A DNA stretch of 64,000 nucleotides. It comes from Octopus sinensis (Eukaryota). The translations under genes and the position numbers were made by a program. The DNA lies in assembly GCF_006345805.1 (NCBI RefSeq), contig NC_042998.1:191394001-191458000 (forward strand). The letters run 5' to 3'. Below are positions 56,328 through 64,000 of the stretch, piece after piece. A model generated the notes under the pieces. The model worked only from the letters and a program-made list of their open reading frames with translations, had not been told where the DNA came from and did not search any database. Every line of letters begins with the position of its first letter. The first letter of the stretch is position 1.

Positions 56328-59300
56328 GCACACACATATATATACATACACATAAATACACACACACACATATATATATACACAAAGACACGTGTGTGCG
56401 CTCGTCTTTACAAGATAGCTATAAAACTGAATTTTGCAACTCTTTTGTGACGGTCTCCTTTCCAAACTGATTAGGCTCTGCATCATTTTACGAAACAACG
56501 TGCACCTATTATTGCCTTTCAATCTGACAATAATAAGCTAACAATTTTGATAGTTATCTTTCTAATACTCTTAACACAAATTAATAATTAATTAACTTGA
56601 GATAAAATTCCAATTTATTTTTGCCATTAGTTGGCAAAAGAGTATTTAAAATCATGATCTAACTTAATTAGAAGGCATATCATAACTTCAAGTAGTGTCA
56701 GTTTTTTTCTCGTATCCTTTGTTAATAGATACATCACTGTGCAAATCTTACACACATTAATTTCAATAGATTATCTTAGAAATCTATTTATTGGGCATTA
56801 CTCAAATATTACATATTGTTTTCTTTTGTAGTTTATCAGTGTTAGTAGGTGTAAGCATTGTATAGTAAATTGACAAGTCTATTTGGTGTTATTACTTTTT
56901 ATTGACTAAGAGAAAGTAGCGTCAGTTTGACGATGGCAGTGAAATTCAAACTGAAATAGAAAAGCTTAGCACTGCTGTTATGCTCCGTACATCTCTTCTA
57001 AACATGCATATATTGATTATCTCATCATTCATCCCTTCTATGTATGTTGATATCTGTAGAGTATATATATCATAAAACGGTATACGTGGTAAACGAATTA
57101 GAAATGTTATTAACATGAAATAATGAAATAATATTCTGTTATTGGTTTCTCACTTTGCGGTCGTACCAGAAACAACGCATCCAATGGCTTTCTCGATTAT
57201 ATCTACACAGTATTTTGCATACTACTTTAAAACAAAGTTGTAAGGCAAAAACCTTTGCGTAATGAGTCGTAACGTTTTTCAAAATCGAATTCTGCAAAGT
57301 AATTTTGCTCGTCGCACCGATTATTCAATTCCAGACTGACACACACACATACACACACGTCCGCACCCTGACAGACATATACACACGCACACATACTCTG
57401 TGCACAATTTACGTATAGTAAAGTTAAATAACCTGTTCACGTTACGGCGAAGCGCAATCAAAACTAGTGCCGTGTGGCTATGATTCGAGCGCCTTAAACA
57501 TAAACTCATTTACTAATATATTTAATGTGGAAAACATTGATTCCTCTATCAATCTATAAACAATGTCATCTATTTAACGTTTTTGATTGAGGTATTATTT
57601 GATTATTTTCACGCCAGTACTTGACTAATTCTTATTTTATAACTACCGAGGGAATGAAACACAGTCATCTCTTGTACCATTTCAACTCAGGAAATAAAGG
57701 GAAATACCCAAATACTGAAAAACCTCTTTTTTTCCCCCCAGTTCTCAACTGTTTTTCCTAATGGCTGATCTAAACGAAATAATACTACTATAAAAACATT
57801 GCTGTTTATGAATATCATTAGTGAATCACAATATTATTAGAAATCACGAAACTAAAGTTTATTGTGAAACTGAATTTATGTTAAACAGAAATACACGGAA
57901 AATAATTTATTTACAAATATATAAAAGATTGAAGTTAAAGTGGAATCTGTATATTTTAACAGTAGCATACAAAGATTTCTGAAATATTCTGATCAAATCA
58001 TGTGTCATTAAAATAAAGCATTGTTCTAAGTTTCTCTGTAATCAAATGCTCAATAACAGTAGCTAATATCTGATTTTCATTGAAGATATTCACCTTGTCT
58101 CGCATGATCACACTTCAGATTTATAGAAGGTTAACATGCATTATTGTACATCATCGATATCGGGATTAAATCAATCATTCATAAATTGTGTATATTTATT
58201 GAATCATTTTAAAACATAATTTTTCTTTAGATGTTTGAAATTTTGAACAGTTCAAAGTCGTTACAAAAGAATATATTAAAAAGGCCTTTGTATTGCACGA
58301 GTGCAATTAAAGTACATTAAGATAAAATTTATCACATCGATCTATTCCTTTTAAACGTTTTATCATTTGTCCATTATCCGAACGACAAGTACTAATTTAT
58401 ATTCATATAGAAGTCAGCTATTTCCTTCACGTGCATTTCTTTGTCAACCATGTCGAATATATATATCCATTAAAATATTGTTTCACCTTTATTTCTATAT
58501 AATAATAAGCCAATTATTCTTCCGGTGACAATGAATTCATTCTTCGTTCTGAGTTTGCATATAAGAGTTTTGCATTAAATGTATGTTGAGTAAATGTGTA
58601 ATTTATTGATGGAAACGACATCTAATTTATATATACTCATTCATCTTTCATTGCTGTCCTTTTATATTTCTCTTCTTTTGATGCAATATTTTTTATTCAT
58701 TATTAAGATTATTTTTTTTAATTTTACCACTAATATGGGTGCGGTTGGCTTTAGCAGAAATCTCGACGACTTAATTAATTAGTGTGCTGTAATTAATTGA
58801 TAGTGCAGTGTGTAGCGCTTTTGAATAACTTTAAATATGATGTATAATTCTTTTTAATAAATATAATTTTAGCGTCCACGTGAAAATAATATATAAAAAA
58901 ACTGGCAACAGTATAGGTTTTAACTCTCCATAGTTTGACAAATATAAAATCTTCTGAGATCTTCATCAGAAAAAAGAACCGCCACCTTGTACCCATGGAT
59001 TGTTTAGTAGACTTTAGTCCTTTATAATGTATACAAACTTCAACTCATCTTAAGGAGACTGACAGATGTGTACAAAAGTGCATGAACTCACAACATCTGT
59101 TAATTAAAGCTTGGTGCCAAAGGTAAGGATTTCAAGAAGAACCAAATTTCAAGTATAAATTTTAAATTTTTTCTTAGTGCGGCTAAGAATGTATGCTAAT
59201 GTTAAATACGCAATAGATATTTAGTTTGTGTGCACTATAACATCTAATAATCTCTTCGTGGACATTCTTTGGATAGACAGTCTTTGACTGGTGGGGGTTC

Positions 59301-59904
59301 AAGAAGGCGAGTAATTTATAATTTTTATCCCAAAGGAATGAAGCCTATGTGTGTCATTCAGCTTACTTTTTCAGAGTGAGGTTAAAAAACTATAATTTTA
59401 TTGAAGAAAAATATCTATAAATAAAATTACATTTCTAATTAGAGATACTCACAAATTATAGGAAGTATGATCCTGAAAGGAGAATTCGAATTCAAAGGTA
59501 AGAATACAAATGATGTAGGTGAGTCATTTGGTTCACGAAACCAATGTAAAGATCCACAAACACTCCCCACGAAGTAATCAATACTTATACACGCTATGGT
59601 AATAGAGAATATAGTATTTTCATCGTTTCTCATTTGGAAATATTTTCATTTCAGTGTAAACAACAGCTGCGTGAATATATACCTTCCTAAAATCCCGAAT
59701 TATATTAGAAGACTCATACAAAGCTTCAAAACCTCGCCCAGAGAGAAAATTTGATGTCCAACTTTTACAATGTTAAAGCTTACAATACACTGCTAAGCAG
59801 TACATACACACACGTATACATTATCTAAAGATATAAATGATTATAACAAGGTCAACTTATAAAGATCACAATTAATTTTGTGAAATGAAACATTCTAATA
59901 AATA

Positions 59905-61084
59905 AGAGGAGGTACCCAAAAGAAACCGGAATTTTGCAATATTATTTTATTGACTTTTATTACATGTATATACTTTTACCACCTTGAAAATGTTTTCTAT
60001 TTGAAGCAATACATCGATCCAGACATGTTTTAACACTGTTGGAAGCAGTGCGAAGTGATGTTTTTAACGCCTACGTTGTTTTTGTTTTCATCTCTTCCAC
60101 ACCAGCAAACTGTGTAGCACCTTCCTTCTCGAGCCATACCTGGCTCATAAGAGCCGGTTTCCCGTTTCCTTGGCGTATAGGTTCCCCACCTGGACGGGAC
60201 GCCGGGCCGTCGCAGGTGCGCTGCAAGATGCAGGAGGAAAGAGTGAGAGAAAGTTGTGGCAAAAGAGTCAGCAGAGGTTTCGCAGAGAGCCGCGTGGAGC
60301 TTAGGTATTTCGCTCATAAGCACACACATCGCCCGGTCTGAGATTCGAACCCGCGATCCCTCGACCGCGGATCCACTGCGCTAACCACTAGGCCACGTGC
60401 CTCCACAAACTGTGTAGCACCAGCTTTCGTCACCAGAGTGATGACATTAGGAAAAAAGGCCGGATGAAATTTCAGCAGTTCTTTCAGTTCACGATACGCA
60501 TCCAGTTGTGATTACTTTTGATTTTCTGTGAGCAAGCGAGGTACAAATTTTGCTGCAGTACATTTCATTCACAATTCCCCGTTCAAAATTCGTTGGCTGG
60601 TGCTCTAGGACACATCAATCATATCAACAAGTTCGCCAGTTGTCCGGTGACGGTCCTCCAAATCAGCTCATAAATTTTCATGATGATTTCATTCGTTCAG
60701 GAGTACCTGAATGAGGTTGGACCTCAAGCGACAAGTGACCATCCCTAAAGCATAAAAACCATTCGTAAACCTGCTTTTTGCTCATGACAGCGGCTTTGCA
60801 AGTTGTTTGAAGCATGACAACTGTTTCAGCTGCTGTTTTCCACAGCAGAACATAGAATTTCACGGAAGCACGCTGTTTCTTCGCTTCAGCCATCGCAAAA
60901 ATCGACGAACACGGGAGTACCACTGCAAAACAAAGACGTACCACGCGGCTGTATGACCTTGGAAAACGCAGATCGGCAGAGTGATGCCTGAGGGTCGTAT
61001 CGATTGGTTTCTAGTGGCGGAAGCCTGAACTACTACGGCTTGTTCCACAAAGAAAGTTTCCGGTTACTTTTGGGTACCCTCTCG
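59905..61084 (-). mobile_element. Internally deleted mariner DNA transposon
   Basis: TIRs gaggaggtacccaaaagaaaccggaa / ttccggttacttttgggtaccctctcg; transposase N-terminus from ATG at 60893, MAEAKKQRASVKF...TAAETVVMLQ...VYEWF..FRDG..SLE.QPHSG.P; C-terminal FQQC relic near 60030. Confidence 0.9.
60122..60406 (-). mobile_element. tRNA-derived SINE family D nested in the mariner
   Basis: Head gtggaggcacgtggcctagtggttagcg...gggttcgaatc; 15-bp TSD aaactgtgtagcacc at 60107-60121 and 60407-60421. Confidence 0.93.
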
Positions 61085-61269
61085 TTTAAGAATTATTCGT
61101 GTATAAAGGAGACAATGGAAGTATCTTCTATTTAGATCTATGTACACAGCTAAATATATCTCGCTCTTTCATTCATTATGATCCATCTCTCTCTCTATCT
61201 CTGATTGTTTGTCTCTCTATATATACAAGAAGATAGCTGCATATGCATATACACACACATATATCTAGA

Positions 61270-61270
61270 C

Positions 61271-61325
<55 letters not shown>

Positions 61326-61381
61326 TATATATATACATATATACGTATATACATACATACATATATATATATATATAATAT

Positions 61382-61444
<63 letters not shown>

Positions 61445-61499
61445 CAGGTAGATAGATGGTTATATGCGTATATATAAATATATATAAATATATAAATAT

Positions 61500-61530
<31 letters not shown>

Positions 61531-62527
61531 TATGCATGTATGCACATGTGTGTGTTTGTGTGTCTGTGTGTGTGTCTGTCTGTCTGTCTCTGTGCATGTT
61601 TGTGTATATATCTTGGTAGAAATATATATGAGAAATTAGTATAATGGTTACCTAGGCAAAAGAGAAATAACATAAGAATATTTTTTTATAAGGAGATTAT
61701 TACTGAAATACGCATTTGCGCAAATCCTAGGTAATTTTTTTTAAATCTCTATTTGCCATACTTGTTTGCTATTTTTCAACATCTTGTAATTTTTCTTATC
61801 GAAATTTGCACGAAATCGACGTCATATAATCTGACCTTTTTTTTTATTTTAGGGCACATTATATACATATGACCTAAGTACCAAAATAATTCCACAATAA
61901 GATTTAGATACAAAACAAAATTATCTACCAGATATGTGATTGAAGAAAATTTCATCGTTCGCAATCCAGCCTCGATCACTAATAAAGAATTAACGAACAC
62001 ATAACATGCTATATGCTAGCTTCTGGAAAGTTGTAGTAAAGGTGAAAAGCGAAAATATCTCTTTATCTGTATCAGCAGCACTCAAATAAAGCATATGGCG
62101 TACATATGTACGAGGTAAATAATGAATATTTTATGTACGTAAGACATTTTAGATAAATTACTTAAAGTTAGGGAATGTGAAATAAAGCGTCGGAAAATAA
62201 TATTATAGAACTTCCATTATATAGCATCGGCAATATATCAACTACGGTGCATTCAAACTCTAATATACACCCAGGTATACTTAAATATACATGTATATAC
62301 ATGCACAACCATAGCCACACACTTACACACGCACTAACACGGATATGTATATACATACACACAAATATAAATATATATATATGAGTGTGTGTGTATATAT
62401 ATATAAGTGTGTGTGTGTGTGTATACATATGTATTAATGTATATCTATGTACATATACAGGCACATATATATATACTCTCTCTCACACACACTCACATAC
62501 ACACATATATATATATATATGTATTTA

Positions 62528-62575
<48 letters not shown>

Positions 62576-62680
62576 TGTATATATACGCATACGTACATAC
62601 ACTCTCGCATCTATTCATATATCACTATATGTATGTTTATGTGCGTGTACATTTACATATACACACAAACACACACACAT
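61270..62680. repeat. (TA)n/(TG)n tracts (61270-61600, 62385-62680)
   Basis: Visible. Confidence 0.9.
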
Positions 62681-63430
62681 ATAATGCTCAGTCATGTAAC
62701 CGTGTATGTATATATGGATAAAAACAAGAAAAAATGTACACACCTAATGCCAGATGTTAAGCTCATGAGATTTCTAATTATTATAGACTAGATATGGTCG
62801 TAATCAAATAATTACTTTTTAGTTGAGCTTGGTACATCAGTTGTCAAGTTAATTAGTGTTTTAGTTGGGCAAGCGGCTTAATCAATAGTCAATGTTGGCT
62901 GATGTTTTTCAGCTCGTGGCCAATGTTTGATAAGTTGAAAGATATTCATAAGAAAGATGAGGAGGTGTTTAACTCTGGTAAAACTAATAATTGTAGTTGA
63001 ATTTAAACAGTTTGGCTGGCTGTATTCGCTATGTGTTTAGTTAATGTTGATTTCTGATTATTTATTAAGCTGTGCGTGATAAATAAAATAAATACACCTT
63101 CACTGTATCGTTATGTTGCCCTTGAGGCCTGAGGTTCTTCACTTTACTACTTTGCTTTAACCATCTGCATTCAGAGTTGAATATTTTATGTATTTTCGTG
63201 TTGCTTCGGTTTATTACCTGTTGCTTTCGGTTCAATATAAAAAGAACACCTCTAACTCGTGGCTCATCAAATTGAGGTGATGTAGTCAACTTTCTCAGTG
63301 CTAGGGCTTTTACTATACGGCATTTAGAGAGATACTTAAAAAACGAGTGGTGAAATCTGAGAGTACATCCCCGTCCCGTTGTTTTCTCATATGCCAAAGT
63401 TCGCAACAAGGCCTTCGAGAATCGTACATA

Positions 63431-63475
<45 letters not shown>

Positions 63476-63670
63476 AATAACACACACAGACAATGGCTGT
63501 CCTTATCGTCAGTATGTAGAGGAACAGTGATGTTATGTGCGGAAGCATTTGCGATAATGATGTTCTTAACTTCATAATTTTTCCATTCTACAATCTCCCT
63601 AGTTAGTAGATAAGGCCTGGCCTGCTAAGTGGTCAGAGTTGTGAGATGTCAGATATATTTAAACCAGGAA

Positions 63671-63900
63671 AGGCGGCGAGCTGGCAGAAACGTTAGCGCG
63701 CCGGGCGAAATGCTTAGCCGTATTTCGTCTGTGGTTACGTTCTGAGTTCAAATTCCGCCGAGGTCGACTTTGTCTTTCATCCTCTCGGGGTCGATAAATA
63801 AAGTACCAGTTTCGCACTGGGTCGATGTAATCGACTTAATCCGTTTGTCTGTTCTTGTTTGTCCCCTCTATGTTTAGCCCATTATGGGTAGTAAAGAAAT
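63671..63900 (+). mobile_element. SINE family A, full length
   Basis: ggcggcgagctggcagaa head, GAGTTCAAATTCC B box; 18-bp TSD atatatttaaaccaggaa at 63653-63670 and 63901-63918. Confidence 0.95.
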
Positions 63901-64000
63901 ATATATTTAAACCAGGAATATTCATAAAGTAAATATCAGTTCGTGTAAATGTTCTTTGTACCCAGTCACGTATTGCAAGAAACCAACTGAAGAGGAGTTC

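Noticed and set aside
59462-59525. Two adjacent strong donor-like sites
   Set aside because: The region resembles a heavily decayed minus-strand SINE A and the acceptor is weak

Overview
AT-rich, microsatellite-saturated eukaryotic non-coding DNA (intergenic or deep intronic). The SINE sequences and the repeat landscape point to an Octopus/coleoid cephalopod genome; this is inference from recalled repeat families, not a search. I found no convincing host protein-coding gene. Most ORFs in the track are translated simple repeats, and the protein-like ones are decayed transposon ORFs. The window holds remnants of RTE, Tx1/L1, CR1/L2 and at least four R4/Dong-type (restriction-like endonuclease) LINE families. 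It also holds a Penelope GIY-YIG fragment, Penelope-type minimal hammerhead motifs, two Tc1/mariner relics, a non-autonomous Helitron, several tRNA-derived SINE families (many with clear TSDs) and a ~1.08-kb SINE-mediated tandem duplication. Most notable: (i) a 629-bp fold-back DNA element with an 8-bp TSD whose spacer is a TTAGGG telomere-like array; (ii) strand-consistent pile-ups of different Dong/R4 elements in (TAA)n tracts; (iii) SINE tails that match LINE 3' ends present in the same window; (iv) a G-U-biased miRNA-like hairpin at 52.5 kb.
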